A stretch of 64,000 nt of DNA, taken from IMG/VR virus record IMGVR_UViG_3300017987_005500; one strand, written 5' to 3'. The translations under genes were made by a program, and so were the position numbers. The notes below the pieces were generated by a model. The model saw nothing but the letters and a program-made list of their open reading frames with translations. It had not been told where the DNA came from and made no database searches. Below, piece by piece: positions 19,291-27,462 of this stretch. Origin of the DNA: a virus. Taxonomy: Duplodnaviria > Heunggongvirae > Uroviricota > Caudoviricetes. Positions within the stretch are counted from its first letter, which is position 1, and each line of letters starts with the position of its first letter.

Positions 19291-19635
19291 TTATTGAGCA
19301 ATGAATTTTTCGTCTATATAACTCCAACCCACTTCTGGTATTGGACTTTTATTTGTGAGATCTATAAAGTTCTCTCCAAGCTCTTCAATCCTATACCAAG
19401 ATTCAATTCTATATAAATTTACAATGTTAGTGACTACATTGTCTTCAATTAAAGCATGTGGAATTAATGGCATGTCAAATTCATCATTCTCATATGTCCA
19501 ACCAATTGTAGGTTGAGGAATTATGTCTGTAACGTCGATAATTGTTTTGCCTTGAGCTATCAAATTGTCAGCAACAAAAGGACTCCCAAATTCAACAACT
19601 ACAACATTATTCTCTACTTGAACATATTTTGCCAT
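19291..19635 (-). CDS. Tail-fibre-associated protein with two P..GW.Y....F repeats
   Basis: PQPTIGWTYENDEF and PIPEVGWSYIDEKF. Confidence 0.6.
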   Translation of the reverse strand: MAKYVQVENNVVVVEFGSPFVADNLIAQGKTIIDVTDIIPQPTIGWTYENDEFDMPLIPHALIEDNVVTNIVNLYRIESWYRIEELGENFIDLTNKSPIPEVGWSYIDEKFIAQ

Positions 19636-19650
19636 ATTTTATTTTCCTTA

Positions 19651-19995
19651 TTAAGGTGCTGTGAATATTCCATCTGCATAACCCCAACCTACTTCAGGTT
19701 TTGGAATTATTTGATCAATGTTTACTAAATTATCTCCTCCAGCAATTGCAGCTTGAGCGTCAACGTCATTATATTCAACAATTGAATCAACAGCATCACT
19801 TACTATTTTCGCCCATTCATATACTGGAGCATGATAATCATTCCCATCATATGTCCAACCTGTACTTGGTTTTGGGTCTTCCTCAGTAACGTCCTGAATC
19901 TCTAAACCTTTTGCTAATAGAGCATCAAGATCAGATTGTTTATCAATTACAATTCGATTAACAACGCCATCAATTATTTGTGCATAATCTGCCAT
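19651..19995 (-). CDS. Tail-fibre-associated protein, paralogue of 19291..19635
   Basis: PKPSTGWTYDGNDY and PKPEVGWGYADGIF; also 114 aa. Confidence 0.6.
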   Translation of the reverse strand: MADYAQIIDGVVNRIVIDKQSDLDALLAKGLEIQDVTEEDPKPSTGWTYDGNDYHAPVYEWAKIVSDAVDSIVEYNDVDAQAAIAGGDNLVNIDQIIPKPEVGWGYADGIFTAP

Positions 19996-20018
19996 TTTAA
20001 AATCTCCTTATTTTATAT

Positions 20019-20028
20019 TTTGTTCTTA
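20019..20028 (-). promoter_or_regulatory. Putative late-promoter motif AGAACAAA
   Basis: 24 nt upstream of 19995. Confidence 0.55.
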
Positions 20029-20045
20029 ATATAGAGTCATTAAAG

Positions 20046-20171
20046 TTATTCATTCCAAATTACAACACAATATCCGGGTGCTCCATTTCCTCCTGCCCAA
20101 CCTCCTGATGAAGTCGAAGATCCTCCGCCGCCTCCTGCTCCGATACCCATAATTGCTGAAACACCACTCAT
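20046..20171 (-). CDS. 41-aa internally deleted Gly-rich fibre stub
   Basis: Hand translation MSGVSAIMGIGAGGGGGSSTSSGGWAGGNGAPGYCVVIWNE with AAGGAG RBS; both termini match 41939..42724 and 26512..27339. Confidence 0.7.
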   Translation of the reverse strand: MSGVSAIMGIGAGGGGGSSTSSGGWAGGNGAPGYCVVIWNE

Positions 20172-20193
20172 AATATATTCTCCTTAAAAAAGA

Positions 20194-21210
20194 TTATTTT
20201 ACTTTTACCCAATGTCTTCCATCAACTTCAATTTCTTTAGTTGGAGGTCCCCATAATTTACTAGGTTCTTTCTTCTTATATAAGGCAACAATTCTTTCAG
20301 GATATTCTTTAATCATATCTCTTGACATTTCAGTAAGATCACCATTTGCATTATTCATTAATGGAGTTCCTATCGGATATTCTTTATCAACATAAGCTAA
20401 TGTCCATCCTGCTACGGCAATTGGAACAGCTTTATCTTTTCTTACTCCAACTCCAAATCCAAAAGTATTTGAAGCAATACCCATAACTGCCATTTGACAT
20501 TCTTTATCACAAATTTTAGCGCCTTCTGCTGTGTCATAATAACATTTGCCATGAATCTTTTTTTCATTAGGATATAATAATTGAAAGTCAGCGACATCAT
20601 TCCATACAGCATTCCAAAACTTATCAGCAATAAGTTCCATATCAAGTCCAGCAGTTGTATCACTGGAAAACATAATATCAATTCCTGAAGTTGTATCTAA
20701 GATATCTCCTGTTGAAGAGTCTATTGTACATCTTCTCATTGCTGGGTAAGGTCCTGGTAATTCTCCGCCAAGTGAAAAGTAATTTTCAGATGAGAATGAG
20801 GAAGCATTTATTTGATAACCATCTCCATTATCATTTATGAAATAAATATTATTATCATCTTTGATATATATCTTACCATAACCTGAAGCAGGAGCTGCTG
20901 GATCAGTTGACCTTTCTTTTAATATAAATTCAGTTCCATCAGCTGATACATTGTTTAATGTAAATCTATCACCTGACTCATTTACAAAATAAATATTACC
21001 GTCGGTTTTTACATATAACACACCATATTCAGCTACAGAAGAAGGATCATAACCAATTCCTTTAATTTCTTGTATAGCATTTACAGTTATATTTGTCGAA
21101 GACAAATCTGTGAAGTCAGCGGTTACTCCATTTATAGTGCCTATATCAGCTTCTGTGATATAACCTCGAGTAATGTCTGCTCTAGTTAAATTATAAGTTC
21201 TCTCTGCCAT
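20194..21210 (-). CDS. Tail fibre with peptidase G2/IMC-like autoproteolytic C-terminal domain
   Basis: Two P....G.[LI]Y.K.D.NIYF.N..G repeats; NAVWNDVADF and GIAS..FG...G...VPIAVAG. Confidence 0.65.
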   Translation of the reverse strand: MAERTYNLTRADITRGYITEADIGTINGVTADFTDLSSTNITVNAIQEIKGIGYDPSSVAEYGVLYVKTDGNIYFVNESGDRFTLNNVSADGTEFILKERSTDPAAPASGYGKIYIKDDNNIYFINDNGDGYQINASSFSSENYFSLGGELPGPYPAMRRCTIDSSTGDILDTTSGIDIMFSSDTTAGLDMELIADKFWNAVWNDVADFQLLYPNEKKIHGKCYYDTAEGAKICDKECQMAVMGIASNTFGFGVGVRKDKAVPIAVAGWTLAYVDKEYPIGTPLMNNANGDLTEMSRDMIKEYPERIVALYKKKEPSKLWGPPTKEIEVDGRHWVKVK

Positions 21211-21255
21211 TTGATTTCCTCCGGTATATATTTATTACCGTTATATTATTTTAAT

Positions 21256-21263
21256 TTTGTTCT
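21256..21263 (-). promoter_or_regulatory. Putative late-promoter motif AGAACAAA
   Basis: 46 nt upstream of 21210. Confidence 0.5.
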
Positions 21264-21336
21264 CTACCGAGATACTCAAAGATTATCTATACATTCATCA
21301 CAAAAGAAATTCCTTCTTCTTTAAATCCTAATTTTC

Positions 21337-21819
21337 CTATTTGATTGCTATCTTAATTCTTTTTGCTAATGTTTTCCACCATCGTTTCCAATCTTTATGA
21401 CCATACCAAATTGGAGCAGCAACTACTATTCTTAATTTTCCTTCACCTCTTCCAATATGAGCACTACATTTGGTGATTTTATCAGTTGCTTCAATTCTCT
21501 TTTCAAGTTCTTCAGAAGAATATTTACATTTTTTAGTAAATCTAAAAATTACAAAAGATACCCAATCTTTATCATGACCTTCACATGAAGATCTCATTTC
21601 GATACCTTTTATATTTTTTAAATTATTTAACCATTTATCTTCAAGATGAGCATCTACAAATATTCCATTCCAATCTTTTTCCTCATGCTGGTTAGGACAT
21701 CGTCCCCTTATATGAGGACATTTCTTTTCATATACTGCTTCATATGCAGCACATGGAGCATTTGAATTTAATGTAATATGTTTATTTTCTTGTAAGTATT
21801 TAAGATATTTATTAATCAT
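21337..21819 (-). CDS. Hypothetical protein, possibly TYW3-like fold
   Basis: SSCEGH resembles the TYW3 TSSCSGR loop (weak); N-terminal YLKYLQE motif. Confidence 0.35.
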   Translation of the reverse strand: MINKYLKYLQENKHITLNSNAPCAAYEAVYEKKCPHIRGRCPNQHEEKDWNGIFVDAHLEDKWLNNLKNIKGIEMRSSCEGHDKDWVSFVIFRFTKKCKYSSEELEKRIEATDKITKCSAHIGRGEGKLRIVVAAPIWYGHKDWKRWWKTLAKRIKIAIK

Positions 21820-22243
21820 TTGTTAACTTCCTTATAATCCATAAGTTTTGTTCAGCAATTTCTTTGAAATAATCTTCACTCTTTAATAACTTTGTAAAGT
21901 AAGTCTCTAATCTTTTAACTGGAATTAAAGCTCTATGGAAACTTCCTTCTGGACCATTTCCTAATAGACTTTCATCAATCCCTCCAAAGTCTGCTTTATA
22001 AGAATATGTCTGAGCATGAGTCCAACCATTCCAAGAATCTCTAACAACTAAGTCATCACATATTAATTTTAAATTCTTAGCTGATATTCCCACTTCTTCT
22101 TTAGTTTCTCTTACAGCAGCAACAACAGGAGTCTCTTCTCCTTCAAGGGTTCCGCCAGGTATTGTTATTTTACCATCTTTAATACCTACCCATATTTTGC
22201 CGTTTTGTATAATCCAACATTCAGCTCGTTTTCGTATTATCAT
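21812..22243 (-). CDS. NUDIX hydrolase
   Basis: Nudix box PGGTLEGEETPVVAAVRETKEEVG. Confidence 0.9.
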   Translation of the reverse strand: MIIRKRAECWIIQNGKIWVGIKDGKITIPGGTLEGEETPVVAAVRETKEEVGISAKNLKLICDDLVVRDSWNGWTHAQTYSYKADFGGIDESLLGNGPEGSFHRALIPVKRLETYFTKLLKSEDYFKEIAEQNLWIIRKLTND

Positions 22244-22254
22244 TATAGGTTTCC

Positions 22255-22437
22255 TTATTGATTTAATCCACCTTGATCATCTGCTAATCTGGCAACTTCA
22301 TTATGAGGATGTGTGCCACAATAGAGACATCTCTCAACTAAATATACTGTGTTAGGATCATCACTTCTACATGATTCCATAAGAGTAAGATTGCCATCAC
22401 AATGACCACATTTCTTCTTCAACATAGTATCTTCCAT
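22255..22437 (-). CDS. Small zinc-ribbon protein
   Basis: CGHC...CLYC. Confidence 0.55.
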   Translation of the reverse strand: MEDTMLKKKCGHCDGNLTLMESCRSDDPNTVYLVERCLYCGTHPHNEVARLADDQGGLNQ

Positions 22438-23210
22438 TATATTATTCCTTTATGATTTGGGAGACCTGCTAATTTATTTAAGCTTCTTCCAGGTCCATTA
22501 GGAAATAATTCATATAATTCTTTAAGTTTAACTCCTGTATGTTTACTAAGCACTCTAATCATTGGACCTATATGATTTTTAATATAATAGGTTCTTACAA
22601 AGTTGATTATTTTAAAATGCTCAGGAGTTAATTTTGTAATACCTTCATCTTTTGCATTATATACTACCCACTCTGGAGAATAATCATCTACAAAGAATAA
22701 ATACCCAGTTGGGTTAACTCTAAATCTCTTCCCTTTAAAACTTACAGTTTTATATTTAGCAAACTTTACATCAGCTTCAACTACTCCATCATATTTTGCA
22801 ATTCCCATAGTAAAGATCATCTTCATAAGATTATCATTATGGAATACAAATTTTGTATTAGACTCAAATAAATCTGATTCATGTAAACTTGTGATTTTAA
22901 TAGTCTTTCCCATATTAGATGAAGATGTTCTAGCTTCAAATTCATCATATACTCTATTCTCTCTAATCAATGCACTAGTATCTCTTACTGTTTGCATAGA
23001 AGCTTTCTTATCAACACCTTTGAAATTCTTTAATGTCTTAAACAAAGGAAGTTTAAAGTATATAACAGTACCTGCTTTAATATTTAAACCAGCATTGTAA
23101 ATAACTAAACCAAAATCTTTTTTTGTAGATATTAATGTCACATTCTGAGTCACAAAAGCAGTTGGATTCATATCCATTTCATTTAAATAATGCAAATATA
23201 AGTCTATCAT
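22437..23210 (-). CDS. dsrC: Fusion of an unknown N-terminal domain and a Cys-free DsrC/TusE-like domain
   Basis: Last ~105 aa match sulfate-reducer DsrC as I recall it (FKGK.F.V...G.L..DD..PEWV...EGI...EH.KII.F...YY.KN.I.PM.R.LSK.TG.KLKE.YELFP.GPG...K.AGLP); both C-terminal Cys are replaced. Confidence 0.85.
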   Translation of the reverse strand: MIDLYLHYLNEMDMNPTAFVTQNVTLISTKKDFGLVIYNAGLNIKAGTVIYFKLPLFKTLKNFKGVDKKASMQTVRDTSALIRENRVYDEFEARTSSSNMGKTIKITSLHESDLFESNTKFVFHNDNLMKMIFTMGIAKYDGVVEADVKFAKYKTVSFKGKRFRVNPTGYLFFVDDYSPEWVVYNAKDEGITKLTPEHFKIINFVRTYYIKNHIGPMIRVLSKHTGVKLKELYELFPNGPGRSLNKLAGLPNHKGII

Positions 23211-23212
23211 AA

Positions 23213-23344
23213 TTAAGCTCCAAGATTATCTATAAATTTATCTAACCACTCCATTGAAAAGTAAATAGCAATTGCAATTCCAGCTATAATTATCATAGCT
23301 GGATACCTTAACCAATCAATAAACTTATACAACTTTTTTTTCAT
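23213..23344 (-). CDS. 43-aa single-pass membrane peptide
   Basis: Hand translation MKKKLYKFIDWLRYPAMIIIAGIAIAIYFSMEWLDKFIDNLGA; TGATG coupling to the upstream ORF. Confidence 0.55.
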   Translation of the reverse strand: MKKKLYKFIDWLRYPAMIIIAGIAIAIYFSMEWLDKFIDNLGA

Positions 23345-23655
23345 CAAAAAAATTCTCCATCGTAATAGTCCCATTGATTACTCATACTTGAATAACTTAA
23401 TGGATATTCAATTCGTCTTTTCGATGGACCTACTTCAGGATCTATAAAGGGAAGTGTTACATGCTGAAAATCAAAATCATTCACTGTCTTACAATTATGA
23501 CATTTCCAAGTAATTTTTAATCTGGGAACGTTAGCATAAACTTTACATTTGCTACATATCTCTCCACTAAATATTACATTCTTGTCATTCATTTCTTTTA
23601 ATTGCTCATTAGTAAATGAGAATTCTTCGATAACTTCATTAGATAAATCTTTCAT
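23344..23655 (-). CDS. Zinc-ribbon protein
   Basis: CSKC...CHNC. Confidence 0.6.
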   Translation of the reverse strand: MKDLSNEVIEEFSFTNEQLKEMNDKNVIFSGEICSKCKVYANVPRLKITWKCHNCKTVNDFDFQHVTLPFIDPEVGPSKRRIEYPLSYSSMSNQWDYYDGEFF

Positions 23656-23690
23656 AATATCCCCTTTAGTTCTGGATAAGCAATTTAGTT

Positions 23691-23698
23691 TTTGTTCT
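23691..23698 (-). promoter_or_regulatory. Putative late-promoter motif AGAACAAA
   Basis: 36 nt upstream of 23655, back-to-back with the early motif. Confidence 0.45.
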
Positions 23699-23714
23699 AT
23701 AAAGAAGTTCGTAC

Positions 23715-23727
23715 TATATATATTAAT
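23715..23727 (+). promoter_or_regulatory. Putative early-promoter motif TATATATATTAAT
   Basis: Exact copy 91 nt upstream of 23818. Confidence 0.6.
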
Positions 23728-23817
23728 TTTTAATTAAAGTATAACGTTGTTTGTATCTTAAAGCACATAGGTGCAATTTAAAAGATTAAAAATGACAAAC
23801 TATAAAAGGAGAAAATT

Positions 23818-25080
23818 ATGAAAGCACGAATTACAATCCATAATTATAATGGAGAAATTAAAACATTAGCAGGTGAATATAAAAAAGATAATTCAACCGG
23901 TCAAGTTGAAATCATATTATCAGATTTAAAATTTTTGGGTCAGGATGAAGGAGATGAAGGAGTCCGATTAAAAAGCAATGATCATCTTGCTCAATTGTAT
24001 TGGAAAAACCCTTGGACATTGCATGGTAAATGGAAATCCACAAATGGAGATTGGGATAAATTAACTGTGTCAATGAAAGATATCAAAAAGCTTCATATGA
24101 AAGATTGGTGGGGAAATGATGACTTTGCTGATATAGTAGAGACATCGTTAATTTCATATGATTCTACTAAAAATATAACAAACCTTATGTTTGATAATTC
24201 GTTCAGAGTTTCTAATACTCAATTGAATTTTATTATAAATCAAGGTCCTCATTTTGCTCCATTTATGAATAATGATAATAATCCATTTAAAGATGAAGAT
24301 CTATTTGATAGGTTTAAGGATGATGATTGGAACGGATTATTTCTGGCAGATTATACAAAACCTTTGATACATACTATATCTTCATGTATTGTCCATAATG
24401 ATAATGAGGAACGTTTGTTAGTATTTAATCAGAATGGACAACAGAATTCAATAAAAAATATTATATTATCTGCATTATATTTAAAACCAGAAAGTATTCC
24501 AAAGGGTACATTAGTTCCAGAAACATTTCCAAAAAAATCAAGATCATATGCATTATATAGATTTTCAATCTCAAGTGATTCAACGTCTTGTATTAGTAAA
24601 AGTCCTTGTGTAATAAATTTTAAACATAATTCAGTAGGAGTCATATTCCCAAATTGGTTTAATAAAAAGATGAAAAAAGCAGTTAAACTTGGAAAATCGG
24701 ATGAATTTTTCGATGATCTTGATCATAATGCAGATGGTGATCTTTTATTTAAACAAGGAATTGTATGTGCTAAAACTACTTCAGAATTACTTGATATAAA
24801 TAAATTAGTAAAAGAAAAGAATTTATGGACTGTGGTTGCTGAGGAAGATAAATGTAAAGCTACATTTTATGTGGATTATGAACAAGTTAAATCTTTATTT
24901 CGAGCACGAAGATCTCCTCTTACTCAAACCGGAAGGATGAAACATATTAAACATTGGGTTCGTACTCATCAAAGATATAAAGATGAAGATGAAGAAATTA
25001 CAATTCCAAAACATCTGAGAGGGACATCTGATATTCAAATGGGATCAACTAATTTCAAACTTATAAATCCTCTAATATAA
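23818..25080 (+). CDS. Hypothetical phage protein
   Basis: 420-aa ORF with AGGAG RBS; C-terminal HWVRTHQR basic motif seen in phage hypotheticals. Confidence 0.7.
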   Translation: MKARITIHNYNGEIKTLAGEYKKDNSTGQVEIILSDLKFLGQDEGDEGVRLKSNDHLAQLYWKNPWTLHGKWKSTNGDWDKLTVSMKDIKKLHMKDWWGNDDFADIVETSLISYDSTKNITNLMFDNSFRVSNTQLNFIINQGPHFAPFMNNDNNPFKDEDLFDRFKDDDWNGLFLADYTKPLIHTISSCIVHNDNEERLLVFNQNGQQNSIKNIILSALYLKPESIPKGTLVPETFPKKSRSYALYRFSISSDSTSCISKSPCVINFKHNSVGVIFPNWFNKKMKKAVKLGKSDEFFDDLDHNADGDLLFKQGIVCAKTTSELLDINKLVKEKNLWTVVAEEDKCKATFYVDYEQVKSLFRARRSPLTQTGRMKHIKHWVRTHQRYKDEDEEITIPKHLRGTSDIQMGSTNFKLINPLI

Positions 25081-25206
25081 TTATGGATAATAAATGCTGC
25101 TATATATATTTATTTATGATATATTTTAAATCCTTCTTTCATATTTTAATAGTTATTTGGTCGATCAGGGTTTTACTTGATTTCTAGAGTCGAGATTTTA
25201 CCTGAT

Positions 25207-25279
25207 CATTACATTTTACCGGGTGGGTCTTAAGTCTCATAAGCTTTGGACATAGGTTCGATTCCTATTACGAATGGGA
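25207..25279 (+). tRNA. Degenerate tRNA-like element with CAT anticodon
   Basis: Perfect T arm ATAGG-TTCGATT-CCTAT and anticodon loop CT-CAT-AA; D arm and acceptor stem pair poorly; no CCA. Confidence 0.45.
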
Positions 25280-25280
25280 A

Positions 25281-25328
25281 AGGGGAGGTAGGGTTTTGAC
25301 AAATTTTACCTACCTCCTTCTTTTTTTG
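25281..25328 (+). terminator. Terminator hairpin between convergent units
   Basis: GGAGGTAGG...CCTACCTCC followed by T8. Confidence 0.75.
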
Positions 25329-25329
25329 T

Positions 25330-25533
25330 TTATTTTTCTATTGGGTAATAACCTCCTGGCCATTCAATTGTCTCAATAGGAAAGTCTTTATTCAATTCAA
25401 GAGGACCTACAAAATATGTATGATCAGTGCATCTCTTAATAGCTCTTTCCTCATCATCATAAATACCTTCAAGAGTCCATATAATTCCGTCTTCAGTTTT
25501 GTTGATATACTTACCAACTGCAAAGAGTTTCAT
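25330..25533 (-). CDS. Hypothetical protein
   Basis: 67-aa ORF closing the minus-strand unit. Confidence 0.55.
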   Translation of the reverse strand: MKLFAVGKYINKTEDGIIWTLEGIYDDEERAIKRCTDHTYFVGPLELNKDFPIETIEWPGGYYPIEK

Positions 25534-25534
25534 A

Positions 25535-26488
25535 TCATTCCTCTTTTGATAATAATTTAATTGTTTGTATACCTAAAAAATCCTCCAATTTCATTCCTTC
25601 AAATTCTCCAGGTCCTGTTTTCTTAGGTTCAAATTGATCCCTATATATAATAAAAAGATAATCCCCATCGACAGGGTGAGGATCATCTCCGAATAACTTT
25701 TCTCTTAGAAATGATATATTACTTTGAATTTTCTTTCTTAATACTTCTGGCATTTGAGCAATTGCTTTATTAGTCCCACGGTCAATTTGATGATCTCCTG
25801 TTCGTAACTGATTTTCAGCTTCAGATGTGAAGTACATTACATAATATACTGCTTCACTTTCTTCATATGATAACCCTGACTCTTCAACTTCTTTCTTATA
25901 CCTATCAACTAATTTTCGTTGATGATCAACTTTTAATATTGCATCTTTAATAAGATGGGAAGCATCTTTAAGTCCTCTTTCTGCCTCTTCTTGATCAACT
26001 TCTTTTTCAGAAATTGTTAATTCCCATCTTCGTATTTCATAATCGCTTGGTTCTTTACCAGAAGCAGCTCTTGTGGTCTTTGCATCTTCTTTTGCTTTTT
26101 CTAATTCCTTATATAGATTCTCCATTTCAAATTCAATTCTTTTAACTTTAAGAATTGCTTTCTTTTGTCCTGTTTTTGCAGCATATAAAGCATTGATACG
26201 ATCTTGCATTTCCATTAAAGCTTGTCTTAATTTTTTATGAGAAGTAAAATGCTGAGAATATTGCACAGCTTGATCTTGAAAATGAGATTGAGAAATTGGA
26301 ATCTCTGCTAACTCTTCCGGGTATAAGTCAGTTATTGATTTTTCCTGACCTATGATATTCATTACCTCATTTACTCCTTCTCTAACTTCTAATGGATATT
26401 CCTCTGACTTGATTAATTGTATAAACTTTGAATTAACTTTGTCATTTAAGTTTTCACTCTTCACTAAATCTCTTGTGTTTTCAGTCAT
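25535..26488 (-). CDS. Long coiled-coil protein
   Basis: Heptad-rich E/K/L sequence; lies in the structural unit. Confidence 0.6.
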   Translation of the reverse strand: MTENTRDLVKSENLNDKVNSKFIQLIKSEEYPLEVREGVNEVMNIIGQEKSITDLYPEELAEIPISQSHFQDQAVQYSQHFTSHKKLRQALMEMQDRINALYAAKTGQKKAILKVKRIEFEMENLYKELEKAKEDAKTTRAASGKEPSDYEIRRWELTISEKEVDQEEAERGLKDASHLIKDAILKVDHQRKLVDRYKKEVEESGLSYEESEAVYYVMYFTSEAENQLRTGDHQIDRGTNKAIAQMPEVLRKKIQSNISFLREKLFGDDPHPVDGDYLFIIYRDQFEPKKTGPGEFEGMKLEDFLGIQTIKLLSKEE

Positions 26489-26511
26489 GTTCTTTAATTT
26501 CTCCTATTTAA

Positions 26512-27339
26512 TTATTCATTCCAAAATACAACACAATAACCATCACCACCATCACCGCCAGTATTACTCCAACCACAACCTCCACCGCCACCTGCTCCAA
26601 TCCCACCATTGGCACCGTTTCCGCCAGCTCCTGCTCCGCCAGCTCCACCATCTTCAAGTCCAGCTCCGCCTCCGCCGCCTCCGCCACTTCCCGTTCCAGC
26701 AGATCCCCCTACAGCATACATTGAATCAGATCCTTTGGAATCTGTATGAGTTCCATTATAATATCCTTGTCCTCCACCCGAGCCTCCAATGCTCATTAAA
26801 GTAGGACCTATAATTCCTGGAATTCCTGGCAATCCATAATAATTAATTTGCCCACCACGCATTCCATAATTTGAAAATGAAGATCTAGAAGTTCCACTAT
26901 TTACATCAAAATATGATATATCACTTGCTCCTCCATATCCTCCATAATACCCATAAGAACCTCTTGAATATGGAGCTGAAGCAGCAAGTCCCCCATGAGA
27001 AATAATATTTGATCCAAATAAAGAATTTCCTCCATTTGAACCTTGAAGTCCAACACCCCCACCTGCTCCGCCAGCACCAATTGTAATTGAAATTGAAGTT
27101 TCTCCTTTAAGAAAAACGGAACCTGAGATCATTTCTCCGCCTCCGCCTCCTCCCATTCCAACTGTAGTTCCTCCGTCGAAACCAGTTCCTCCGCCGCCTG
27201 CTCCAATTAAAAGTATATTACAAACTGTAACACCTGAGGGGACTGTCCAAATACCTGAAGATGAGAATATTTGTGAAGATACAAGTCCTCCGCCTCCTGC
27301 TCCAAATCCCATTATTTGAGATACTTTAATATCACTCAT
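26512..27339 (-). CDS. Glycine-rich tail/fibre protein
   Basis: F.SSG.W..P..V.....L.GAGGGG fold start; GG.G repeats; ends GYCVVFWNE. Confidence 0.75.
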   Translation of the reverse strand: MSDIKVSQIMGFGAGGGGLVSSQIFSSSGIWTVPSGVTVCNILLIGAGGGGTGFDGGTTVGMGGGGGGEMISGSVFLKGETSISITIGAGGAGGGVGLQGSNGGNSLFGSNIISHGGLAASAPYSRGSYGYYGGYGGASDISYFDVNSGTSRSSFSNYGMRGGQINYYGLPGIPGIIGPTLMSIGGSGGGQGYYNGTHTDSKGSDSMYAVGGSAGTGSGGGGGGGAGLEDGGAGGAGAGGNGANGGIGAGGGGGCGWSNTGGDGGDGYCVVFWNE

Positions 27340-27462
27340 TTTATATTTCTCCTTAACCCATATAGGGGAATTATTGTATTGTAACTTATTTACTTTCTCT
27401 GATTAGTTATATGTAATAATATTATAAATTCTATACATATTCTTATATGGTGAGTATAGATT

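Noticed and set aside
26352-26804. His/Gln/Leu-rich plus-strand ORF
   Set aside because: Reverse-complement reading of Gly codons in 26512..27339.
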